Assembly (NCBI GenBank): GCA_036172245.1
Contig: JAYWIR010000017.1
Span: 1,488,001 to 1,552,000 of the forward strand
Direction: 5' to 3'
Length of the DNA: 64,000 nucleotides
Origin: Raillietiella orientalis
Taxonomy: Eukaryota
Shown: positions 1 through 11,682 of the stretch, piece by piece
Layout: the number at the start of each line of letters is the position of its first letter
How positions within the stretch are numbered: the stretch's first letter is position 1
The notes under the pieces: model-generated
Seen by the model: the letters and a program-made list of their open reading frames with translations, nothing else
Databases searched by the model: none
Told to the model about the DNA's origin: nothing
Translations under genes and position numbers: made by a program

Positions 1-1713
1 TCGTTGTGGAAGAGACAAAGAGATCTGGAAGACCTCAGAGATGCAATAAAGGGAAACTCGATCTCTGTTTATTCTAATGGCTCCATGTAGCTGAGCAAAA
101 CAAACAAACAAAAGATTAACCGAAGTTTACAACACTTACCGGTTTCGGTCACTATGAAATTCTTCTCACGCCTCAGTCGCAAGCTGATTTTTAAGTTGAT
201 CTTATCCACCTTTAGGTTCGAGATGATGGTTGACTTCCTCGGGCTCTACTTCCTAAGTACAGTTTGCAAAGTCAGTTCGAAATCAGTGAGACAGAATTCA
301 CGGAACAGACCTGAGTAAAAAAAGGACTTGAAGATGAAAGATGTGTTCTTTCTGGAAACTTGGAAACAAATCAAAAGAAAGCGAACAATAATTTAGCAAC
401 AACGCGTTTTTACATCTCACGGATAAAAATCAAATGGATGGTACACTCCCAAAGCTCACTCGGGATCGTTCGTAAAGATTTGGATGTTTTTGAAACTGTG
501 ATTGCTAAATGAACGAGTTAATCCATGAGGAAGCACATGGCATTATCGAGCTTCAGCTGAAGCTCGATGATGGATGTGGTGAAAGATTTTCTCTCTCCAA
601 AAGCAACAACCAGGCTGCAGAGACGAGATCCCCCAAAAATGCTTGCATCTGAAGCAGAACCTATCGTGAATGTTGAATGCTTCGTTGTCCTTTTTTGCAT
701 CGGAAGCGCGGCAGAAACGATCTCAGTGATCCCCAGTGATGTCATCTGCGGTTTTGAAGAAAATCTGGACTTTGCAGCTTCGCCTCTCTATCTGAAGAAA
801 GCTTCCAGTTCAGATACCAGAAATCACTTATTTTTATTACTCAGAAATCATAATCATGCAATGTCTCTGTTAGGATTGAGTGCTGTCCTTTTTCAAAACT
901 GTCATGGAGGCTGGAGGGAATGTCTGAAAAACGCATGAGTTCTTTTAAGCATTCGCTCAGTTGATTTTTGTGTTTTCGAAATCCGCTTTAAAGAACTCTG
1001 ACTCCAATACCAGTGTTCTCCAGGATTAGAGAGTATGTAAGAATTCAGCAAACATGGGCTCTTTTTTTTTTTTTTTTTTAACTAATTTTTTCAACTGAGC
1101 TCTGGGAATCTTTCACAGAGGTGTGCTGAGATGTTCAGAATTATCAAAGGTAAGGCTTTGGAATTCTTTTCAGCAAAATCAAACTGAATCTTTACGGTGA
1201 TGGTTCAGCTAGTCTAGAAGAATTAGCGTTAGATGAAAGGAAGACACTCAACTCATGAGGAGCACTGAGCAAAAGCCCCTCATTGAAATCAGCACCAGCG
1301 TTGGGTTCCTTAACATTGTAGCATCCCACGAATGTGTCCAACTATAGCATGGATTGGCTGATTACAGCAGCTGTAACAGAAAGTGAATGATCACTAAGAA
1401 CGAGGAAAAGAAACCGATGAACAGCGGAAATTCGATTTCCTGCCAGTTTTTTTTTTTTTTGATTTTGGCTTCGAGTTCCAACCAACCTGCGATCTGTATT
1501 CATACACTTCCTCTTGAAATTACCATGGCATTTAAAGACTATTCAAGAATCAAACTTTGTTCTGAAGATTTCTGTAAATGAGATTAGCTATTTGATTCAG
1601 ATGTGCTTTCAGAACCATTCTGTCTCATTTTCTATCGTCCTCGACATTTGTTTTGTTTTTTTTTGTGATGCCTAATGATGAATCCTCTTTGAAGATACTT
1701 TGGACTTGACTAG
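1..1713 (+). pseudogene. Histone quartet relic A1 (H2B C-terminus, H2A, H3, H4)
   Basis: H2B end PKFTT (cf. TKYTS) about 120-135. H2A GLYF and LGNKSKES (cf. GLQF, AGNAARDN) about 240-540. H3 AGA-TAC-CAG-AAA-TCA = RYQKS at 812-826. H4 ITK at about 1390 and YFGLD-stop ending 1713. Confidence 0.65.
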
Positions 1714-1789
1714 ACCAAACTCAAAGAGAAACCCGTTACCAAGGAAAATTTTGGCACTGATATCTGGGCTTGAAGAATTTTATGGCTGA

Positions 1790-3600
1790 TAAATGTGGAG
1801 GTTGAGCAATGTCAAGAGAAAGTTAACTCATCGTAAAGGGTCCAGTTATCTGACGCGCACGGCGCAAGGGAAAGCAACGGTTAATTCATGTGGAATGATC
1901 TTCTGTAAAAAATGTATTCAAGTCAGAAGTTTCAGAAGCGAGGGATGGCAGGAGAGAAAGCAATATTTTTGTCTCTGATTCCGAGGAGTTACCACTGAGT
2001 TTCACGGATTTACGGCTTCGAAGCAGCGCACGACAGAATGGAAAGGATGCAGCATTAATGAGAAAAATTAGTCTTTGTGAGACAACGCTTTTTTTGAAGG
2101 GGTTAAAGGGGGGAGGGTGCGCTGTTGTTGCTGCTTCAGTTTCGAAAAGTGGATTCTTTTTCTCGTAGAAACATCAAAAAAGTTTCAGACAAGCGATCAA
2201 GTTTCCGCAATTGCTCAAATCAACACGATCGCCTTGTTTACAGATCTTTCTTTTGACCAGTTTTAGACAAACTATGATGGAATGGTCCATCAACGAAGCT
2301 TGCAAGCAAAGCGAATGGGTAAGGGTATCATGATCAATACCTACGAATAATCCGATATCTGCACAAGAAAATGCGTTCTTCGGCCTTGCAGACAGCAGTA
2401 CCGAACTGCGAAGGTTCACTTCTAAGGTATGCAGTGCGTGCCTTAGATGTAGTAAATAGCAGTCCTTCCCTAATTCTCTATATTAGGAAAGCTGGACTGT
2501 GACAGAATGTGCAGTGACTTATACGTAGTGATCCTCATTAAGAGATAAGGCAAATCGACGGATGCTGGCAGAAATAAAAACACGAGGATTCCTGTCTCCA
2601 AAAGAAGCAGCCGGGAACTTGGCATGCGCAACGTGGTTTTCTTCGCGTTCCAGGTTTCAAGAGTTTCCCTTTGAACAGGGTTGGCACGTCCTCCTGCTCC
2701 AAATAAGGGTTTCGCTCAACTTACGTGGACGTTGCTTGAAACTCCTGGGCTGGAGTGAACTGAGAAAACTTTCCAAGAGGGCCGAACCAGCTCCCCCGCA
2801 ATTCAAACCAACGGCTGTCTGAAGAGGAACGAAACGTTGCTTGTTTGCCACGGACCGTTAAGCATGTGAGTTCATTTTCCAGGGAGAAAAAAAAAAAAAA
2901 AACTAAAGCGATGCCCGACAAGGAAACTGAACGACTGAGACTTTCCAAGAGAAAAAGAAACGTCAAAGACCAAGGGAATTGATCTTCGAAGTATCCATTA
3001 CCGACTCAAAAAATCGCGAAATTCTGCGGTCGGGCAAGCGAAAAATTTCGAGATTCTGAGAGCCGAGTGCTCTCTCTGTGGAGTCTGAAAATACGAATGC
3101 ACCCTCAAAAGGGAATCGCATTTGAATTCGTGAGCTTAGCAAAACTGAAGACAGAATCCACGATGGAGCACTCTCGAATTAATTCAACTCTGCAGATCTG
3201 CCACTCTACTCTAAGCTCTGGAAACACATGGCAGTTCACATGTTTCCGTCGTGAAGGTTGTTCCAGCGAAAGCGCAATTTCGAGCAGCAATTCTTCCCTA
3301 AATAAGCCTGCGATTACTAGGATGTTGCCTGAAATCAAGACAGAAGAATCTACAATGGTTTCCCTATTCCGGGAAACAAAAAACGAGTCTTTGGATGTGA
3401 CCAACCCAGTGTTTTATACTTCCTATCTCGAGGAAGATCGTAGAAAATGCAAATTAAAAGGAGCCATAAACAGAAAAAAAGAAATCATTTGCTGGAACCA
3501 CTTACAATGGTTTCCTGGCTCTAGAAAGACATCCCAAGTGTTATGCTGCCTCTTTGGCGACCCAAAGAGATTAGACAAACAGAAAGGATTGCAGGCATCG
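1790..3600 (+). pseudogene. Histone quartet relic A2
   Basis: H2B VNS-(frameshift)-NDLL (cf. MNSFVNDIF) about 1880-1905. H2A SALQTAVPNCE (cf. RHLQLAIRNDE) about 2380-2415. H3 LLQIRVSLNLRGRCLKLLGWSELRKLSKRAEPAPPQFKPTAV lines up with LREIRRYQKST...DLRFQSSAV (ORF 2562-2822). H4 SLNKPAITRM...LFRETKN and RKTSQV...KR (ORF 3067-3633). Confidence 0.8.
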
Positions 3601-3779
3601 GGTTGCGGTGCCAGGGTACAGAAACGAGAATAATGGTTCCTGCAAACCAAATGAATTATAAAGAAAGATAAATACGAAAAGAAAGAAGTAAGAATCTGTT
3701 TAAATGTCACATTCGTTACAAACATGGTGAGAAAGAAAAGCTTCTGAAGGAAGCTCAGGACAGACTCTAAATTTTCATG

Positions 3780-5320
3780 ATGAAGAAGAAGTGAGGCTGA
3801 GAGAATTTAAAAAAAGCCGTTCAGATCCAAAATGGGTAGTGGAAAAGAGTAGCAAACGCAGAAAAGAAGCTGATGCTGAAAAGAAAGAATACATTTGAGG
3901 GCAAGGAAATGTGCAGGTATTGAACTGAAGTCCAGTGAAGTGGGACATTTTGCAATAGACGATCGGAAACGGTTGTGCAACATCCAGCACATGCCTAATA
4001 ATCCAATCTTGCACGGATCTTGAGTCTGAAAAAGATGCTTTCACAAAAAACTCTTTGCAGAATGTATCGACGATACTGTATTTAGGTAGTTGTTCTATGG
4101 AATTCTGAAGGCAGTAGTCGGACTCTTCACTAAAATCACTGGCATAATGGATGGAGTGCAGCACATGGTCGGGTTGGGAATTATGGATTTCGGTAGCACT
4201 TTCGGGTGTTCCCTATTTTTTAATTGAACTTGGCAATCCGCAGAGGTTAATGCGAACTAAAGATTATTTCTAGAGAATAAATAGTTCATCCATCGAGCGA
4301 TACAGTAAATACAAGCAAAGCTAGGATTGTGCCTATAGCGACTGACTCTGTTTACAGTATTTCCTAGGTTCATCCATTCCGATGGGCGCTTTGCACCGTT
4401 CACACTTGCCATACAGGATTGAGGATGACATTTTAAAATAGTAGATGAAGCGGCCACAATCCTAATCAATTGCTGAATTGTCATGGAAACGGATTCTCCG
4501 ATTCATCCTTGAACTCTTCATCCATGAGCTTCATTCTATCAGAAACGCCTTTCGCCCATGTTGTAGACAAGCAGCGGCTCGCCACAGATAAACAAAGGAA
4601 CAAACGCGAGGAAAATCGCGGAAAGTAAAGATTCAGATTACGCGAAGCGAAATCTGAACTGGGAACAAGAGGAAGCTGAAAGATTTAACTTGTTTCATAA
4701 GCCAGACGGGAGAACTCTCCTGCAATTATGGCGGAGAGGCATTCGGGAAATGAAATAAACCAATCATTTGTGGTTACTGGTTGGGATTCGGGTTTCCTCG
4801 ATTCAAGGTACATGAATCACAAAACCTCATTGGTAAATCAAGGTTCATCATCCATCTTGGGAAACGGGAAAATCTGACTGCATTGTGCACATGAAAAGAT
4901 CTATAGCGTATGTTAAATACTCCACCATGATAAGCGAAGAGAACCACGGCGATTCTCCAGCCCTCAGATGAGATGGCCACCTAGATCACCAATACGAAAT
5001 TATTGATGGCACTACATAATGTTCAATAAAAAGATCGACTGTTGGGAGCTGAGAAATCACACAAATGACTCGAATCATATTTTTGCTACTCGCATGTGGA
5101 TATTTCACCACCGAACTGCCGACTGTCGAATGTAATATCGCTGATAATCCCTGACGCACTGATGCCCATCAGGAATGTTCTGAGATGTTTAGATCAAACA
5201 CAGAGATACGACAGCGTAGCTGAGTTCCAGGCATGCAGACGTTTGGAAGTTCCCACTCTCCTTGTTTCTCTTCGCCGAGATGAAACGATTAGTTGCCATT
5301 TCCGCTTTCCATCGTTTCGA
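3780..5320 (+). pseudogene. Histone quartet relic A3
   Basis: H2B about 3880-4150. H2A ELGNPQRLMRTKDYF*RINSS (cf. [21 protein letters not shown]) about 4225-4290. H3 AKRTTAILQPSD (cf. AKRVTIMPKD) about 4935-4970. H4 DISPPNCRL...IRNVLRCLDQTQRYDSVAEFQACRRLEV (ORF 5096-5347). Confidence 0.8.
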
Positions 5321-5479
5321 CGCACCGTCATCCAAGCTCCTTCTTGAGTTCGATCTGATGCACTTTCGTTTGCTCAATGCTAAAACGAGCGAGAATTCCG
5401 AAATCTCGGATCCAGGAAGGAACCGAAGCTGCAGAATTACAGTGAAGAGCAAAGGAATTTTTTTTTTTTTTCTTTTTTT

Positions 5480-7440
5480 TTCCGTTGCTGTTCGGGTACG
5501 AATAAAGAAGAGTGATGGAACGAGCTCTCCCTGTCCAAAGACTAAAAGACTTTTTTTTGCTAACGCAACCACCCCATTCAAAAGTGGACGTGCATATTCA
5601 TATTGAGAGACTCCTACTGACTGAACCAGAAGCCACCACTAGTCGCGAAAACAATTCTGGAGGAAAAGAACGAGAACGAGCGAGAGAAAAAACAAAAGTT
5701 AATACCCTGCACGACGGCCTACTATTTTTTATTTGCGGTTGAGAGAGTATTACCGATTCCTCGTGTGCGCTTTTCACAGGGGAAGCATCCCCAGTTCTTT
5801 TTGACATAAAACAATTCCTATCCTTTTTCCACCTGCCGTGAATCAATAAATTTTCTCGAGTGCAGGTGAACATGTCATGACTTCCAGGCAGCGAGCAAGG
5901 GGTGGGAGCACCTGAAAATGTATTTTAGATAAATAAGTGTGGAACCGATGGAACTGCTCCTAAGTAGATGCATCTCCTCATGCATGCGCGAAATATTTCG
6001 CTCCCTTGCAGTAGATCAAATCAGAATATCTGAGCCGGTGCAATGAAAGAGTTCTCGGCGCCGTTCCCGATGCAGGAACTTCCATTAACGGTTCTCGAGA
6101 AAAAAAAAAAAAAAAGAGAGAGGAAAGAAAGAGTGACGAAACAGTGACGCACGTCATGGACCAAAGCAGGATCAAACCCAAAGCGATAGGAGTGATTTCT
6201 ACTCTCGACTGCTGTCATATGCGCAAAGATCTGTGGAGGTGCATCACGCAGATTGACGAGTGTGTTTGTCTTTATGCAGCTCGCGAAGATGCACGTCAGT
6301 GACAGGATACAAGGAAACAACCCGACAGCAAATGATGAAGAAAAATGAACGTTTAGCTAAACATTTCTCGACCAGGCTTTTAAAGAAAACAAAACAATTT
6401 CATTCAGCAGAGTTTTGAGTGATTTTAGCAGCATGAGCCTGCTAAAATCACCCAGCCAGCTGCGCACTGTCTCTGAAACGAGGCGTGGAATCTGGAAAGG
6501 CTTTAGGTGACATCAAATAAGCGTTATGATGAGCATACAGCTGTGTTAATTTTAGCTTGGAGAGTATTTTTTTTTTTTTTTTGAAAGGGATTCTACAAAT
6601 TGTTCGTAGACCGTGGACTGGATGCTCGTTTTCAAAGTATAGTTTCTTTCGCGTGGAATTTAAAACCTTTCAGATTCTCAAAGCGCACGAAACCATGTAA
6701 TAGAATCAGCTTTGCAAATAGTTCATCAATAGAATGTATCTGGATTAATGACAACGACCGGTTGCTGGGCACAGACAAGAGGTTTCCACACAGTGATGAA
6801 ACTTCCCTTTCGTGCGATCACTTACTGTCTTAAAGATGTCATCTGATACCCTTTGTGTTGAGCTAAATGCCATTGCCTTGTTCCAGAGGAGAAGCACAGG
6901 ATGCCCAGTGAATTCGCTCGCATCTTCTACCCTAAGGTGTTCGGTTCTCTCACTCAGCTCTGTAGGGATTGTGAAATTCAGAACGGAGAAATCCTATGCA
7001 ACCAAAGTTATTTGTTTTGCGTTTCATTCGCTGTGCTCTTCTCTACAGCCTTCCTGAAGTAAGCACTAAAAAATTTGCGACTTCTAATCAACGAATCAGA
7101 TAGTTTATCTGACCTTCGTCCTGAATTTACTCTCTGGGCTTGACTTGAAACATTATTGCTATCATCATCAAGCATCATAAGCAAGGATATTCGTTTACCA
7201 CGTATCCTATTGGTCTGTTTCGAAGATTTGTATTCAGCCAAAGGAAAATGAGAATTTGTTTTCCCTCCTTGAGGAACAATGTAATCCCAGTCAGCTCAAG
7301 ACATTTGTCGAAGAGATCATTGCGGACAAACCTACGCCTGCGTTTACTGAAGTGAGCTCCAAATATGATCACTTCTGGAAGCATTTACGCGTGCGCCCCA
7401 ACCTAAAACTCCTGATGACCCGACCTTCATCTGGATGATT
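5480..7440 (+). pseudogene. Histone quartet relic A4
   Basis: H2B IHIERLLLTEPEATTS...VNTLHDGLLFFICG (ORF 5512-5742). H2A CNERVLGAVP about 6040-6070. H3 KPFRFSKRT and RSLTVLKMSSDTLCVEL (6660-6870). H4 LLEEQ...LKTFVEEIIAD...FTE (ORF 7256-7438; cf. [25 protein letters not shown]). Confidence 0.8.
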
Positions 7441-7469
7441 CTGGGCTCTTAGGTTTTAGATCTCCTTAG

Positions 7470-7809
7470 CCGTTAATTGAAAACTTAGCCAACTGGGAGA
7501 GATTAATTCCATTAATCTTCTTCGTTCTACTTTTCTAACGTGAATCTTATGTCGACGGCCTTCCTGCTTCACAGTGCTCCTCGGACTCGTCACTAGCTCA
7601 TCGTATCTCAATCGAGCCTTCTTGACATCTTCATGCGCCTTAACCTGGACGGCTCTTGCCACGGCTGTAAATCTTTATCCTAAGTTAGATTTGTTTAAAA
7701 CAGGCCGTTTCCATGGCCGTTTAATCCCTCAATTATAAAGCAACCTTGTTCGCGTTTGCTCATCTCTCTGATAGTTGTCATCTCTCTGACTAGTTGCCCT
7801 CAACAACAT
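7470..7809 (-). pseudogene. H2B relic ending the inverted block (B5)
   Basis: Reverse strand FKQI*LRIKIYSRG (cf. [14 protein letters not shown]) at about 7700-7660 and RRHKIHVRKVE (cf. KRSTITSREIQ) in ORF 7456-7662. Candidate ATG at 7809, 85 bp after the preceding H4 stop. Confidence 0.6.
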
Positions 7810-8146
7810 GGATGCTCCACTCACTTTCTTCTTATTGAATAGTTTATGCACAGCAACCAAGGGTTACGTAGAGATCAGAGAACCCATTTGACGCTCAGCC
7901 GAGCTCTTTGCCATCCTTGTGCTGAAGGGGGATCTTCACAGCAGTTGCCATCACACGATGCTTGCGTGCGTCCCTGCGTGACTCCAGACAAGTGAAGAAC
8001 ACTTCCGTTTTCACTACCAAGAGCGAGACCTGCTTCCCTCCTGGAAAAGAATCAGTCTTCTGGGAAGACTGATTCTTTTCCAGAAGTCGATCCACGGAGT
8101 TTCCTTGGATGCGTGAAGCCAGATGCTGCCTGCAGGAAAGGAAAAA
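7790..8146 (+). repeat. Direct repeat copy 1 (about 357 bp; H4 relic plus downstream spacer)
   Basis: Matches 11327-11682 with roughly a dozen differences counted by eye. Confidence 0.97.
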
Positions 8147-9900
8147 GCATATGTCTGCATCTGCATATGTCTCCCTGCCTGCCACCTTCCTGTTTGAGGA
8201 ATGTCCTGCGGCAATCTACACCATGTTCTGTTCTTTCCATTTGTAATCCTGCATGTTTTGCATCCTCGCAGTGGACCGAGCTGATGTTTTGTTTCAATAC
8301 GCAAATCTGCGCTCGAAGGCCGTTGCTGATGACGAGATCTTCCTCCGTTTTTCCGTAGACCCCGCCTAGAATGAGCGTCCCGTTTGTGTCCACGTCACTG
8401 GCGAACCTCAACTCCGAAATCCGCCGTCTCTTTGCAGGATGCACTCTTCTCGCGGTACAGGTGCCTTCCCTCTCCTTCTAACTTCCCTTCATCGCCGTGG
8501 GTTCATGTGTCCTCGTTACGCATTTCCATAACGCTGGTATCATCGGTGCATCGTTCTTGCAGGATTTGCATATTAGGATATCGTCGCCGTTTCGTGATTT
8601 CATTTCGCGAGTCACGTATTCCATGTACCTCGTAAATCCCAATGCTCTACTTCTTTTGGAGACCTGTTTCCATTTCATGAATCATTGTCGCACCATAAGA
8701 CGGACTGTTTCTTCTCTGAATATGGGTGGTTCCTGGACTGCAGTTCCTTGAAAGTGAAAAAAGTCGGAAAAAAAAAAACAAAAAAAAACATTTGGAAGCG
8801 TTGTTCACTTTACACAAGTTCCAGACTAGCACCACCTCAACAAGACGGTCTTCTGCACCGAAACCCACTCAGCTCTGATTCGAGCCGAAAGTCTTACTTT
8901 GGCATAGAAGATTCTAGTGCAAACGAAGGGTCTGTTCAAAAACATCTGTCCAAGAACTATCTCAAATATTCGGAAAAAGAAGTTTGCATTTTTCTCCTTC
9001 TTCTTAATATGAACGTTTTGTCTGAACCACTACAACAGAAACCGTAAATCTTTGAATCTGGTTCGAAAGCAGCGGACACACACATAAATACAGACTTCTA
9101 CTCGTATGAGGCTATGCGTTGGAAACACGTAGCTGTACGCCCTTCACACAAACATGGGAATCTCTTGTTGCAGATCAGATGGCAAAATCTTTTTTTGTTT
9201 TTTTTTGCCTCTTGAAGTTTCCAAGCTTTGCTCTCTCTTCGAAGAGCTTTTGTATGTTTGGCTACCCTGCTGACTTTCTATCTGAAGAAACCAGTTTACT
9301 TGTTCCTCGTGGTTTTCAGGTGGAGCCTTCATTATTCAAGAAACAGCTTTGGATCCGGTGGTGGATCCTTATGGGGAGCGTTACTAGGTTGCGTATTTTT
9401 TTTTGTCTTTTTCTGTTTTATCGGGGAGTTTCATTGAGTTGCATCTTATCATTTAAAAAAAAAAAAAAAAAAAATCGATCTCAACATTTGAGTTCCTCTC
9501 ATCCCATCATGAATCTAATCTCGCTTACAACACATGCCTCAGATGCAAACAAAACGAAAGACAGAAGCATCGGTAGGTGGTTGTGTCTACTTGGAGATGC
9601 TTCTTTCTGTGATCTCATCTCGCCACGTGTTGGAATTGTCTTTAGTTCTGGAGACAACTTAAGTGAACCAGTCTGAATCAGATATGTGTGTCAATGAGTG
9701 AACTCGTGCATGAAGGAACTCAGATGAGATGAAGCTACTGGAGATGGATAGGTAGGTGACTCACTTCGCTCTCGGTCTGGAAATGTCGTCCACTTTTCAC
9801 TGTTTTCTTTTTTTTTTTTTTTTGTCTCCTTGGAGAATTCTCTGGAATATTCGAACAAAGGCAAATGCAATTTATCGCAGAGCTCTCCACGAAGGCAGTC
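7895..9900 (-). pseudogene. Histone quartet relic B4
   Basis: H2B SISSSFIS-LSSFMHEF (9750-9700) and TIPTR. H2A TRIFYAKVRLSARIRAE...GGA (8920-8825). H3 VTREMKSRNGDDILICK and HPAKRRRI (8678-8420). H4 RQHLASRIQG...GGKQVSLLV...RRDARKHRVMA...ELG-stop (ORF 7895-8185). Confidence 0.75.
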
Positions 9901-10319
9901 CTCAGAGGTCCCATCCCCACCTCCTCCACATGCCTGCTTTGAACAACTGTATATAACTTTTGCTGATTTTCTCTCCTCTTTTTTGCCTCTTCACACTTGG
10001 TTAGCTGCTGTTCGCGCAGCTTGAAAAAAAAAAAAAAAAGAAAGAAAGAAAGAAAGAAAATACACAAATTAACACCCTTCTTGCATATTATGCTGCTGCA
10101 TTTCATTTTGATTTTTTACGCTAGCGATGATTCATCAGGTGGAGCAACTCTGGTTCCGTGAGTAGAAAGCTCAGTGAAGCCTAAAAAAAGTATTTCACAT
10201 GTTTCCGGCTTCCTGTTTCCTAGACAAAGCCATCCTTCGCTCTTGTTTTTCTGACGATTCTTTCTTTTCCTCTTCTGCTTTCTGTTTTTCCTGAAAGAAA
10301 AGCGATCAAGATCTTTCGA

Positions 10320-11326
10320 TTACGCGCGACTCATCCAGATGCAGTTTCCCTTCCCAAATAAAGGTGCAACGGTTCCTTGGCGCGAACAGTGGGGATTCGT
10401 TCCCTGATACGACAAAGCTGATCGTGGGTCCCATTGAAACGGAACGTTTCGGGATGTTTCATTCATGACCTTTAACCTCAAGGGCTGAAATGCGAAAAAC
10501 ATCGACTCCGTCTGCTGGTATTCCGTCCGAATCAACGAGGCTCAGAAGAAAGCTGCTCGGCTCGTGTTTCCGAAACACGGTCTGATTCAAATGAGGACCA
10601 CTGCAGAGTTGATCTTTTCTTTCTTTTTTTGGTAGACATTAATAAGAAAAATTTGTTCCTGCCGCCAATCTGCCTTTCTCTGGTTCCCAAACATCACTCC
10701 AGGCTTTTGTTCCCTGCCATTCAGAAGTCACTGGAAAAAATTCTTCATTGCCTGTCTGATGAGGAATCTATTAACAGGATAATTAACGAGGAAAACCGGA
10801 TAGGGACACAGGCAAGCACGAGTGTGAACTGCCTCGTATCGAAATCGAAAGTGGCTTAATCGGGTGAGAGCCCGTTGGGAGTTCAAGTGACGAGGGGACT
10901 TGGATTTGAAGTCCCCCTAATGCTGCTATCGTTGTTAGGTGACAACAGGCACACAAAGAAGAAGAAGAAAAAAGAAACGTCTCTGGAAACTGAGGCAGCA
11001 CTGATTTTTTTTTATCATCCCCTACACGGATGCTTTACACAGAGCTCTGTTCACAGTGATAGCAGCGAAGAACTTGAAGGAAATTCTCTGTATTTTCTTT
11101 AGATGGAGTCTCCAGCACTTAACTGCATCTCCCCACAGAGTTCCCATTCTCGCAGATTCATGATTCATGATTTACTGTGATCCTTAAGCCTAATCTTAAT
11201 CCTCATAGGTCTTTGAATGGCTTCCCACATTATTTCATTTTATAGGGGTAAAAGAATTTTACTTTGTTGCTCGGGGAGCAACTGACGCCAGCCAATGGGA
11301 GACTCGCGTTTCACGGGCAAGAACCT
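10320..11326 (-). pseudogene. Partial quartet relic B3 (5'-truncated H2A, H3, H4)
   Basis: H2A VSHWLASVAP (cf. APVYLAAVLE) about 11300. H3 GLQIQVPSSLELPTGS (cf. [16 protein letters not shown]; ORF 10783-11001). H4 EYQQTESMFFAF...RSALSY...HCSRQGTV (ORF 10320-10535). Truncated at the edge of the 356-bp duplication. Confidence 0.7.
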
Positions 11327-11682
11327 CTAGTTGCCCTCAACAACATGGATGCTCCACTCACTTTCTTCTTATTGAATAGTTTATGCACAGCAACCAAGGG
11401 TTACGTGGAGATCAGAGAACCCATTTGACGCTCAGCCGAGCTCTTTGCCATCCTTGTGCTGAAGGGGGATCTTCACAGCAGTTGCCATCACACGATGCTT
11501 GCGTGCGTCCCTGCGTGACTCCAGACAAATGAAGAACACTTCCGTTTTCACTACCAAGAGCGAGACCTACTTCCCTCCTGGAAAAGAATCGGTCTTCTGG
11601 GAAGACAGTCTTCTTCCAGAAGTCGATCCACGGAGTTTCCTTGGATGCGTGAAGCCAGATGTTGCCCTAAGGAAAGGAAAAA
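11327..11682 (+). repeat. Direct repeat copy 2 (about 356 bp)
   Basis: Starts ctagttgccctcaacaacatgg, as does 7790, and ends ggaaaggaaaaa. Confidence 0.97.

Noticed and set aside
7703..7718. Histone 3' stem-loop-like GGCCGTTTCCATGGCC
   Set aside because: Lies inside an H2B relic encoded on the opposite strand, not after a stop codon.
11182..11205. Degenerate telomere-like hexamers ccttaa gcctaa tcttaa tcctca
   Set aside because: Only one exact GCCTAA; falls within the B3 H2A relic and is expected by chance.
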